Assembly (NCBI GenBank): GCA_000708835.1
Contig: DF237351.1
Coordinates: 20,813 to 84,812, forward strand
DNA: 64,000 bases
Reading direction: 5' to 3'
From: Klebsormidium nitens
Taxonomy: Eukaryota; Plantae; Klebsormidiophyceae
A model generated the notes under the pieces. That model was not told where the DNA came from, searched no databases, and saw nothing but the letters and a program-made list of their open reading frames with translations. A program made the position numbers and the translations under genes. The number at the start of each line of letters is the position of its first letter. Positions within the stretch are counted from its first letter, which is position 1. Of the stretch, positions 24,800 to 36,500 are shown in pieces.

Positions 24800-25274
24800 T
24801 TAGAGTTGCCATCTACCATACCCAGTAACCACGTGCGCCTCCATGGTCGTAGCTTGTAGCCCGGTTAGCAACGTCCTCAATTCCTCATCTTCCACTCAAA
24901 GATAATAAGGCTCTCCCATCCCAATCAGAGCCCATCATGCGAAAGACATGGTGAAAACGACTGAGCTAAGGAGTCTGCGCCCCAGGAAAGTTTGCAACTC
25001 CTTTACGCAACATTCGCGCTCGAAGAACCCCCACGAGAGGAGGACGACCCCATACCTCGCTGTTGCCACCGCTCCCAGCATGACGTCAGCAGCCACATCC
25101 GTCCGAGAAGGTCCTCACCCCCGAGCGCTCTAGCTCGTTCTTGGGGAACACTGCAAAGTGGCGCTTGCAGTCCCGCCTGCAGTGGCTGACGAAGACATCA
25201 CATGCGCAGCTAGACTGAGTGACGCAGACATGGTGAACGGAGGAGCAAAACTCAATGCGGCATAGCTTCTGCAA
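24800..25274 (-). pseudogene. Decayed TIR-domain gene
   Basis: DVFVSHCRRDCKRHFAVFPKNELERSGVRTFSD (from 25199), a frameshift near 25095, then AADVMLGAVATARYGVVLLSWGFFERECCVKELQTFLGR. In-frame stops at 24937 and 24898. This matches the TIR bA-aA-bB and aB-bC-aC pattern including the conserved xCxxEL glutamate. Confidence 0.75.
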
Positions 25275-25749
25275 CTAGGACGATAGGTAAATTTGTGAGA
25301 CACTGGGCACCCCTCATGTAATACGCCAAATTGCAGCAAAGTGAATGGTCAAATGGACCGCAAGGATGCAACATAATTTGCCAACACGATGCAGGCTGGA
25401 GGAGGGCTCAGGGGGGAGGGAGTTCCCTGCTGTGGTGCCACAACGAGCAACCGGGGCTCTGTCCCAGGCACGGGGACGGCTAAGTTTAGGCCGGTACACT
25501 CCCGCCCGGGCGTTTTAGGCCGGCCGGTACCTTTTACAATTTACACCATGTCACATGTGCAGGGTTTTGCATGACAATAATACCTTCAGAGCTATGCAGC
25601 TATAGAGGTGACGAGTGGTGGTGGCCATCAAATGCATGCTTGAGCCTTGAGGACATGCGGTACTGTAGCCTGTACGTGTAGATACGTTGCTCTCTCTTTC
25701 TTTGTTCCACCTAGCTCTCGTGTACAGGCATTTGGAAAATTTGCGAGGC

Positions 25750-28700
25750 ATGGCGGCACCAGAAGACTGGCTGCGGCAGCAGCTTCTTGCTCTGTCCAAG
25801 CAGGGAGGCACTGCGCTGGATGAGGAGATGGTGCATGGCCTTGTGGACTACTGTGCAAGGGCCAACGAGGAGGATGCAGCAGAATATATCACGGTAATAT
25901 GTTCTCAAATTATGTGCAATCATAGGGATCGAATTTGCGCTTGAGCTTGAAAAATAACCGAGAACTGAGTTGGTGGTCAAAGTACCAGGGGGTGAATAAG
26001 CGCTGGAATATGCTTCTCTGCTTCAAAAGAGAATTCTGTATGCGCACACATCCTTGTCTTTCTAGAAAGCAGGTATCTGCTAGGATTAGCTGGCTTCCCG
26101 AATCAATTCTCAAGCAACTCTTGGTTCGCAAATGCTGACAATAATTGGATGTCACCTGATTATTAGGAGAGGTTTCCTTTGGTGGCATTTTGTGAGAAGT
26201 GTTATGGTTGTGTGCCGGGGTGGAGGTCTCAAACATAGCATTGGCGTGATCCATGTAGCAAACATCTGAACTCTTCTCAGCATTCAGTTGTTGAATGCAC
26301 GATCCACAATCGCCATTTCATGGGGGTTTCTGCATGCAAGACAGCCCTTCTTCTGCTGAATTGAGGGATGCTGCTGTTTTCTAATCACACCACCATCAAA
26401 AGACTCTCCATCATAGAGGCGCTTCAGCCAACTGACAAAGGACATACCTTATCAAGTTACTTCATCGCATAAGTGGTGGCCTTTGGTACATTCTGATGAT
26501 GGACGTTCTGATGGTGGTCATTTTGCAGAGATTCTTGGTTGGTGTAATCATCAGGTTGCCTGCCTGAGTTTGATGCATACGAGAACTGTTGTTCATCAGA
26601 CCTGTGATTTTTTTCTTCCGACTAAATCTGCAACTCCGGTTGTGCAGAACATAGTTGGGGAGCAGGCGCAAGGCATCGTCGACATCTACCGGGCCAAGCG
26701 AAGGTCAGCCGGCGGACCCTCTTCCTCTTTGGGGGGGCCAACCGCAGCAGCCATTGGAGGGGGGGGTTCAGACCAATCGCAGTCTGGCAGCAATCTGCAA
26801 GCTTACATCAAGCCATCTTTGGAGTCAGGCGGGGTGAAAAAGGCGGGAAAGACTGTGAAAAAAGGACGGGGAACGGAGGAGTCCAATGTAAGTAGTGGCG
26901 ATGCGGAAAGTGGGCCTCGGTTGGAAGCCCCGGGCGCGAGTGAGGGGCTGACGTCGCTAGGGAAGGTCGCCCGGAAGAAGAAAAACAAGGGGGGGCACGT
27001 GCGCGTAGAGGACGTGGCGGCCGGGCGGCTATTGGTGGCAAACCGTAAGCTATGCGACTGCCAGGCGCGGCGGCACCGGCTTATTACCAATTGCTTATCG
27101 TGCGGGCGGATCATTTGCGAACAGGAGGGGGAGGGGCCGTGCATGTTTTGCGGTACAATGGTTTCGCTTCAGGGGGGTGATTCGCCTCTGCTGCTACCCC
27201 CTCGGATCGGAGAAACGGACGAGCAGCTGGCGAAGAAACTAGAAGCGGAGGAGAAAGCGCGCGCGTTCAAGGACCGGCTGGTGGAGTATGATAGGTCGTC
27301 GGCGCAGCGGACGGCGGTAATCGATGATCAGAGCGACTTTTTCCACATGGATATTGATGGGGATTCGTGGATGTCGGAAGAGGTGAGGTTGTGAGCGAGC
27401 TGGTCCAGAGTCTGTGCATGAGCTGACAGGAGGTCGGAGTTTTTGCTGTTGGCCCAAGCTAAGCTAACACTGCGCCAAGAAATCAGGAATGTTTGACTTT
27501 CTGTTCTAGAGGTCAAGGACAAGGCTGTCTCAGATCCACTTGGTAGAGGCATCTGACCATGTCACTTAGATCCACTTTGTGTGACCTCTTCGAACGTTTT
27601 TGGAACCCGTGTCTCGAAAGTTTGCCTCATTTGGTACGATGGAGAGCATATTCCTCAGGAGTATCGAACCAATCAAACTCTTGCTGTCTCGGGGTGTGAT
27701 ATCAGGATGGACAACCATCCTCTTCTTATTGTGCTTCGAGTCGTGGATTGCTCTGATTCGTTACGTCAATAAAAATTTATGCGCTGAAGACAGAAGGGCG
27801 AGAATATCTTGAACCGGTTTAAATCGATCTTGCAGAGCAGGTTGACCAAGAGAATCCAGGGTGACTTGCGTTGACTTCGCTGTTCAGTCTGCAATGATAG
27901 GTCTTAGTACTCTACAAGTCATCGTCACGAAAGTAGAATCTCAGAGCGGCGAAGGGAATCTGCCTCCAATTTCCTCTTCCTGCTACGTGGGCGACCGCCT
28001 GTAAGTGATGATTCATCAGAAAGTTTCATCTGCTAATGTAGTAAGCGCGCTTGTTCTCTTGCAGGAGAAGACAAAGTTGCGGGCCCAAAAGGCGCTGGCC
28101 GCTCATGCAGAGAGGGAGAAGCGGAGCCGAGTGCAGGTCACGTTTGATCTCGTGGGACGAAAGGTGGGGAGAGGAACGGTTTGAGGAAAGGGCATAAAGA
28201 GGGCCTTGGCTTTCTGCTGATTGTCACATGCATCGTGTGCTTGAACATCTTCGAAGTTTCCGACCAGGATGTAAGGTGACCTTTGAGCGTGTTCTTGTGT
28301 TCCCGCTTTGCGGCTTTCTGAAGAGAAGCTGGTCGGCCGGCTTTCCAAATCTTCAATTGGAGACTCCGGTTCTGAGAGTTTGCAAAGCGTCGGCATTGGA
28401 CGCAGGCTTTTCGTGCTTCGTACATGAAGTGCGGGAGGACGGCCTCCACTGGAAACTTGGGAGCTTTAAAGAGGGCGTCAGATTTTAAAGCGCACTAGTG
28501 GCATCTGAGTCCTTAGGGAAACCCTCATCGGACGGACAAAATTGCATCTTGGAATCTGTCCCGAGCGACCATAATGCCCCATTTCTGCGGTACATGGTCG
28601 CCGAGGCGTGACGGGTCACGGGACGCCCTCTTTGAGGGCAGAAAAGTTTAGCCTCAGGAGTAGAATGGTAGTGCGGCTTGGAGGCTTCTTTCTTCGACTT

Positions 28701-29362
28701 GCTGCCGTCCTACTGTCAAATTCGTGGCAGAGTCACTTCATAGAAAGCTGCTTCTTAGTGTCACCTTTGAGTCCTGCGTCTACCCAACTCTTTGTGATGA
28801 ACTACAGGTGATACTGGCCGGGGATGACGTGGATGAGGCCGGTCCGGCCGCAAACGGTGCAAGCACCCCCCCGGAAAGTTCCGAAAGCGCAGGCCCCAAC
28901 CCCTTGTCCCGTATCATGCCGAACCCCATGCTCAAGGGACCCCCTCCAATTTTTGTCAACTCTGCCGTTCAAAGCGGAAAGGGCTCGGGAAGCAAGCCCG
29001 GAGCAGATCCTTCTTCGGGGGGGTCGAGGGGGGGTACTCCAGGGGCTGCGGGCCGCGCAGTGATACACCCCCCCGGAGAGAAGGGATCCCTTCTGGGCGT
29101 CAAGAAGGGCAGCGGCGGGATCGAAAGAGTGCAGCACGATAGTTCGTATTTCGGGGCCATCGAGCCGCAGCTTTTGGGGGGCTTGGCGGCGGACGGCGAA
29201 GGGGGCGAAAATTCGGACGCCGGCGTCAGGGCCGAGCAAGAGATGTCCGAGACAGTACGGCTGTCCGGACGGGACATCGACGTCGAAGAGTTCGGTAGTG
29301 AGCCTGCGTGCGGCTCCAGTATACAGCAGTTTGGGGCCCCGGTTGGGAAGTCGGTCCTATAG
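25750..29362 (+). CDS. TRIP4 (ASC-1)-like: Activating signal cointegrator 1 / RQT4-like protein with zf-C2HC5, about 510 aa, 4 exons
   Basis: Exons 25750-25893, 26648-27382, 28065-28163 and 28808-29362 (1533 nt). Motifs CDCQARRHRLITNCLSCGRIICEQEGEGPCMFCG, KDRLVEYDRSSAQRTAVIDDQSDFF and VTFDLVGRKV. Confidence 0.9.
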
Positions 29363-30555
29363 GTTATGCCAGTGGCGGACCGTGACAGCAGGACCCGGAG
29401 GAGCGCAAAGCGGCTCATCTTAACACGCACTCACACATGGGCTGCAACGAATTCTGCATTGATCACATGGACATGACTACACTGGACCACGTGCATCGCG
29501 CCTCAAGAGCTTCCGACTTCGCAACTCTTACCATTGACTGCTTACTCATAGAAGTTGGAGCTGGATGCCTGAGAACGCGCGAGGCGGCCAACCACTGGGC
29601 ACTCATTCTGCTAGCAATGTCTGATGGACTCGGACTCATCGATATTATCCTGAGACCGTTGAAAGACTGGGTAAAGAGCTCAGCATTTTTACCGGGTTCC
29701 AAGGATGGGCGTGGTTGCCATGTATCTCCTGATATACCTATTAAAGAGCTATACATGTTCGATAAGATGACTTGACTGCACTGTGTTTGCGATCGATGAT
29801 CGGTCGAGAATGCGACCAACTAGACCTGCAAATGGCCCGCCCCTTAAATTGGATATTATGGGACTACGTGTACAATCGAGTTGGCGCCCAAACATGATCT
29901 GTATATGTGATCCCTCATGTATCCGATCATGATCGTGCACAATGAGAGCTTTGAGTGCATGTGCTTCCGGGACCGGATTGGAGCTAGCTAGATTGGATCG
30001 ACTGCTCGATCAAGCGCGCGCCAATTGCACAACAACGATCACGCTCAGTCTCTAGAACTCATGTTCTGAGCTATCACTCAGGCAGCTGTTTTTCAGCTGT
30101 TTAGTATCGTTGCAAATTAAAAAAAAAACATGATCGATGACGATATATGTATACCCCTTGATCATTTATGCACTGTTTCATGTGTTCAAAGCATCAAGCC
30201 AGCTTTATGTGGATAAGTACAATTGCAAGCGTCTTATTATGTTTGTCAATCATTGGAGGACCTGCTTTGCTGGCTGGCAATCTGCTCAATGTAGAACGCT
30301 CTGATCTTGCCGGGCTGCCCTCTGAACGCAAGCCTATCCTCTCTAAGCTCACCGCATGCGCCGCCAACCCAAGTATGATCCCCGGCTGTACACCTAGGAG
30401 GCTACTGGAAGTAACTCTAATATGACCTACTTTCCATCTTCTTCTGATAGCTTGTCGCTATTACCAATCGTTAAAATCAACTGCCCGTTCAAGAACACCG
30501 TAGTCGTACAAGAGCTATTAATAATATAATGACACTAGAATGCACTAGGGGTTGC

Positions 30556-33500
30556 TCAAGAAGCGGGCTCCACTGCCACTGGCCCCGCCTCGCTTGCCGC
30601 CTCAATCACCCCCGCGAGTTTCTCCCAATTTATTGGTTTGGTCAAGTACCCGTCCAATTGGTGCTCTTCTATCGCCTCCCCCGCCCCCACCAACACGTCT
30701 GCCGTCAGCGCAAAGATCGGAAGCGCTCCCGGCGGGCCCAGTGCGCGGATCGCCTTCGTTGCGCCGAGCCCATCTAGCACCGGCATTTGAAGGTCCATGA
30801 GAATCAGCGTGTAGTGGAACGGCTTGGCCCTGATCTCGTCGACTGCCAGCTGTCCGTTCCCGACAATTTGTGGTTCATGTCCGTAATGGGTTAGCATCTT
30901 ACGGATCAGCATTTGGTTGATAGGGTTATCCTCTGCCACCAAAACCCGGCACCCCCGGCTTGCCTTTGTCACCTTTTCCAGGGGGGGTGTGCTCGGCCTG
31001 CCTCCCCGAGCTTGCCCCTCTAGCGCCAAAACCGCCTCAGCATCCTTTGCCATCCTTAACCCGACCGTAAACGCGAAAGTGCTCCCCACGCCCACCTCAC
31101 TCGTGATCCAAATCTCGCCCCCCATCGCGTTGACCAGCCGTTTGCAAATCGCTAACCCTAACCCTGTTCCCCCAAACCGCCTCGTCGTGGTCGCATCCGC
31201 CTGAATGAACGCCGAGAACAGCTTCGCCTGCTGCTCTTTCGTCAACCCAATCCCGGTATCCGTAACTCTGATCTCTAACCAAACCCGCTTCTCGTGATCC
31301 TGGAGCGTCGTCGCCGAGGCGCGCCGGCTGATCCCCGGATCCCCCCAGGACGCAGCGTTTCGCCGCGGCCCCGTCCCCCCCGGAACGACCAGATCCTCTC
31401 TCGCGGCCCCTGGATCCCGCGCCTTATCCACTGGCCTAAGACCACTTCCCCGTTCAAGAAACCCTTCGCTTGACCCCTCAGTACCTTCCGGTGCAGACAC
31501 CCCTGCCTCCGGTTCGTCTGTTTTCGCTAATGCGGCCGACTCGCCAACCACCTCACCCCCCGCTTCTGAAGCCACTCCGGGCCCCCCGTTCGCGGCCCTG
31601 CCCAACTCTGAGCAACTAGGACCGGGTGCTTTCCTGGCACCAGGATCCGAAAAGCTCCGCCGGTCGGTCTCCGGTTGGCTCATTCTCGAAAGGCGCGACT
31701 TCTCCCGCAACACACTCCTGGCATGCCCCGCTGCGCTCCCCTCCAACCGGGGGGGCCCGCTTCCGCTCGCCGCGCGCTCCTCCTCTGGCGTAACAAACCC
31801 ATCCCGGCCGTCCGATCTGCCCGTCGGCCCATCCTGCCCGTCCGGATTCGACGTTGTTTCTGACGTGGAATCTTCCAGTTTCTCGATCGTGAGCCCCGAG
31901 ATTCGGCGGCCCAGAACGTGGGCACGTGGCAACTTCGCTCTTTGGCTGATGTCACTGCCCCCGTCTCCTGCACGATCGCCACCCAACAAGGTTTCGCACT
32001 CCGGGGGCGGGGGCGTCCGCCGGAGAGACTTGCCTGAGCAGTCGGTAGAAGTTGATTGTTCTCTTTGGGGGAGTGCTGCGTGGCTGGTGGAAGGGGGGGT
32101 GGGTACGCGGTCTGGGATGTCGGAGGGAGGGGGCCGGCGGGAAAGAGAAGTGCGGGGAGTGCACAGATGCGAGCCTGCAGGGGACAACGCAACCATTCTT
32201 ATTACTGATATGTACTCGAATTCAGAGGTATTTGACTGGCTCTGACCACGCATGCTATGGATGTGGGTGCAGTAGAGACAATCCACATACCAAAATAGAG
32301 GCCAATAGCGTTGACAGACAAACTTACATAGTAAAGAACAGGAATAGGAATACCTGGGACATTCGCATGCTTCGCACAGGCTTCATCCAGCCCTTCTCCT
32401 CAAAACAAATTATATCCGAGTTGAAGACTGACGTCATAAAACGTTCCTTCTCGCAGTTCAGGAGGTTCCTCCACCTTGAAGACGGTCTTCTTTGAAGAAT
32501 GACTTCGTGACGGAGTCGGACTAAGAATCTCCGCGGTCTGAAAGGTTCAGAACAAATGTTGAACGGCAAGGCGGAACTAGGCAACGCGGGACAAATGTGC
32601 TGACGTCCACCAAAGAGTCAAACAGGTCGTCTTCATAGTAAGGGTGACAGAAAGACATGTTTGACCCAGAGTGTGTGTATGTGGGTGCTCTAATTGGCGC
32701 ACTGTGACGGACTCGACCCTCAAATCCATCTGAAAAAGCTTTCCGGTGAACAAATCCAGTTTGAGTGCACGAAATCCTCACCGGTAGGGCTCGGCGTGCC
32801 GCTCCGCGAGACCCCCGCACGGTCCCGCTTGACGCCGCGGCTGCCCTTTGCGTTGCCCACCCGCTGGATCGAGACGCTGATTCCCCCCACTTCGGTGAAC
32901 TTGATCGCGTTGGACACCAGGTTTGCGAACACCTGGCGCAATCTGACTGGGTCTCCACTGACGGGCAGCTCCTCCCAGGGGGGGAGGTCCAGGGTAAGCT
33001 TCAGGGTCTTTTCCTGGAGGGAGAACCGGGATAGTGAGTCAGAGCTCAATAAAGAGGGGCAGCTCGACGTAGTCTGACATATTCCTGAAAGTGGGCTTTC
33101 AAAACTCTGGCGGACAGCAGAAGATTGAGGAAGATTCGAATACTCTCGGGCCCCTTAAACCCAAGGTCAACATGTTGCCAGTTCCCCTGCTATTGAACCA
33201 CCGCAATCTTCGATTTGGAGGTACTGCGTCTGACGGTATTTTTTGAACGAAGAACCAGTCATTAAATAAAGGGAAAATGCCCGGCCCGCTGCTTATGTAA
33301 ACAATCTGGAGGCTCCATGCAGCTTTTCAGCTCGCACTTGGACCTTCAGACCTGAGCTGAGGCTGCTTTGTACCCGGATGCACAGTTTCAGTGCTTGCCA
33401 AAGGGAGATGGTACGGTACATGAACGCAGCTGCACACTTGCTCGTCACAGCTGAAGAGTTTTTGGAATTCTTGGGGTTGTTCGATAGCACAAACTCGCGG

Positions 33501-36500
33501 CATCGAAAGCAACATCTTGACCCCGGGTTTAAAGGGCCCGAGACTTGGGCTGGCAGAATCCTGACAGTGGGGCCCGATCGGAGAAAAGGGAAGGAGAGGG
33601 GCGGGGAGGACCACAAATGCTGTGGAGCCGCCAGCGGATGATCCAAAGTGCACTGACTAGAGCGCACCATTTCGACCCCAGCATTCGACAGAAAACGTGC
33701 TCTCGCAAGAGCGAGATTATTCGGAAGACAGTCTTAGAAAAGTCAAATTCTAGTGTTCCTATTCCACCAACCAAACCATGATTGACCCAACTCCGCCTTT
33801 TCACCTCAGGGAAGATGAAAAGGTGCGATTCCCACGCCCATTTGCAGCCGTGAAAATCAGAGCAGACACGCCCACAGCTTTCATTTCAGAGCAGTTGGTA
33901 GCTGTGCAACGCATCAAGAAAGAGAGCAGGGAGGAAGAAAGAAACAAGGGCGCAATCTGGCACCAAGGCCGGTCAGAGAGGGACAGAGGAGAATGTAGAC
34001 GAATGGAGGAAACGACCGGAGCTTGGCTTTGAGCTCTCTCAAATAGGACGATCACAGCACACGGGTAATTGGTGAGCCCGGACCACAGCAAAAGGGCGCA
34101 CCTCTAGTTTTCCTTGGAAGAGCGCAGCCACCTGTTCCACGAGGACCCCCAGGTGGAAGTCGATCTGCTCTAGCGTCAGGTGCCCCGCCTCAATCTTGCT
34201 GAAGTCCTGAAGAAACGAGCAGAGCGAAAGCGGAGTCAAAAAGGGCTTCTTTAGGTACTGGAGATTGAGGAGGACGTCTACTTTAGGGACTGGAGCAAAC
34301 ACAGTGGGTGATAGAAGGACGTGACAGCTAGAGGCCGGCGGCGTTCGGCAGTAAGTGCACAGGGGAGCTTCAACAAGTGACTAGTTAGATTTCCTGCGCA
34401 GCTTTTGAAGAGATCTAGGAGCAAAGGACAATCAGCAAGCCGAGCGACAACCTGAAAGCGTCGTATGTTCTTCTGGTTTGAATACCATAGGACAGGCACT
34501 AAAGCGTTTCCAGGGGTTCAACTCGAGCCCAAACGCTTTTTGTATAAATACTATAGACGGCTTCAAAGCTGGCGTTCCCAGGGTTGCAACTGGAGCCCAG
34601 AGGAATTTTGTAAAACTAATCGAGCGAGCTTGAAAGATGGTCTTACCAAGATGTCATTTATGATTGTTAGCAGGGACTCCGCGCTGCCCTGCATCGCGCG
34701 GACGTACCGGCCCTGCTCTGACGACAGCGGGGTCAGCCGCAGCAGGTCCAGCATCCCAAGCACACCTGGGGAGGAAGAGCGTAGACATTTGCGAAGAGCC
34801 TCGAACTCGTGTAGCAGAGCAACCGAAGGACAGACGTAAGGACGAGGAGGGCAAAAGCTTAGCGTTTCAGTCTTGGGACCTCGTAAGTAGCGTCTTTTCA
34901 GTTGCTTGAGCAATTTGCAAGGTGGCTCGTAGTCGCAAGCTATGTCAGGAAAGTTGGTCAGTCAAAAGCTGTGCAGAGCTTGAACTAGACCGAAAACCAG
35001 CGCTTTCTTTTCTTGACTGCAGACTTAAGGGGCGAACGTGAGATGCATGTGGTGCAAACGACTTTGTAGTGAAACGGAGGCCTTCTCCTCGCTCCGGCTG
35101 TGGCGACCAAAGCGGACTCGATTCCCAGAACTCGACGGTTCCCGGCAAGCCCACCAGGCTGGATCTATACCACATGCATCCACGTGGCAGCGACAACAAT
35201 ATTTGACCGGACTCTTTGGCTTTTATGCTGGGTACATGATCTCTTTAGAAATCTCCTCAGGACTTTCAGCACGTCTTGGACGCTTCTCGCTTTCAATCTA
35301 TCGTGGTCTGATGTCGGGAAACGCAAACACGAGTATAGAGTCAGCTGCGACTTCGATCCACTGAGCGGCCTCCGGAGCTCATGTTCGACAGCTGCGACCT
35401 GAAGCGCTTTTCTGGAACTCAAAGATCCACCCCTCGCAACTTTAACAACTTCGGGAGATGCGGAATATAACGACTGCGCACACTCAAGAAGGGATGAGCC
35501 ACTCAGGTATATTCACCTGTGAGTGGCGTCCTGAGCTCGTGGCTCATCATCGCCAGGAACTGCGACTTGGCGCGGTCCGCCGCCTCGATCGCGTCCCTCG
35601 CGTCCCGCTCCGCCGTGACGTCATCGAACAGCCACACGCGGCCGTGCGTCATGCGCTGCTTCTCGGGGACAAGGCTCTCGATGCCGAGTGACATCAGCTG
35701 GTTGGACGCGCCTCCCACCGGGTATGACCGGACTCGTAACACTTGGCGCGGGTTTTTAAGGACCCAATCGGACTCGATGATTTCGTTCGGGTTCCTGCAT
35801 AAGGCATTAGCAAGTCAGGACGTTACGAAGAGCACATGTCCCTACACTTTGCGTGGGTGCCTGAAGAGTGGGTGCCTGAAGAAGCTGATGAATCTCACCG
35901 GGTTCGCACCCTTCAAGAACAGAGAGTCAGATTCTTCTGAGGACCAGGACACCTCCCTCCCATTCATCATTTCATCGACGAAAATTCGATCTTAAAGAAC
36001 CTATTCGGTGTGCTGAAGCAAGCAAGAGTTTTGTGAAACGCAGCAGTGCTGTTGTAAGTATTCGGTTGCGATGAAAGCGGTCAGGTGCTTTCCACTGAAA
36101 GGCAGAAGCTAGCATAAATCCACTCGGGTAGTGTTCTCTCCGGGTTGATAATGCGAGCCCAAGACTTGGAAATAGATTACGAACTTCACGCAGCAAGGTT
36201 CTCACGCAACTAGAAAGCAAGCAAGCAAGCAAGCAAGCAAGGAAGGAGGTTGCACGAACGACACATACCCAGCAACCGCGTTGAACCAACGGTAGACCTC
36301 CGCTCTCATGTCGCTCCTCGCCGCCAGCTCATGCATTGTCGCCGCCACTTTCACCGGATCCAGCTCCCCAAAGGTGGGCAAGTTAAGCAGCTCCGCCGCA
36401 GCCGGGTTAACCAAACACGGCCCTAACCCGTCGTCGATGAACACCACACCCTGCGGCATCCGCTTCAGGATCGCGTCGAACCGCCGGCTCAGCCGTTCCG

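Noticed and set aside
29437-29819. 112-aa plus and 118-aa minus ORFs just after the TRIP4 stop
   Set aside because: They probably lie in the 3' UTR, have no recognisable motifs and no supporting splice structure.
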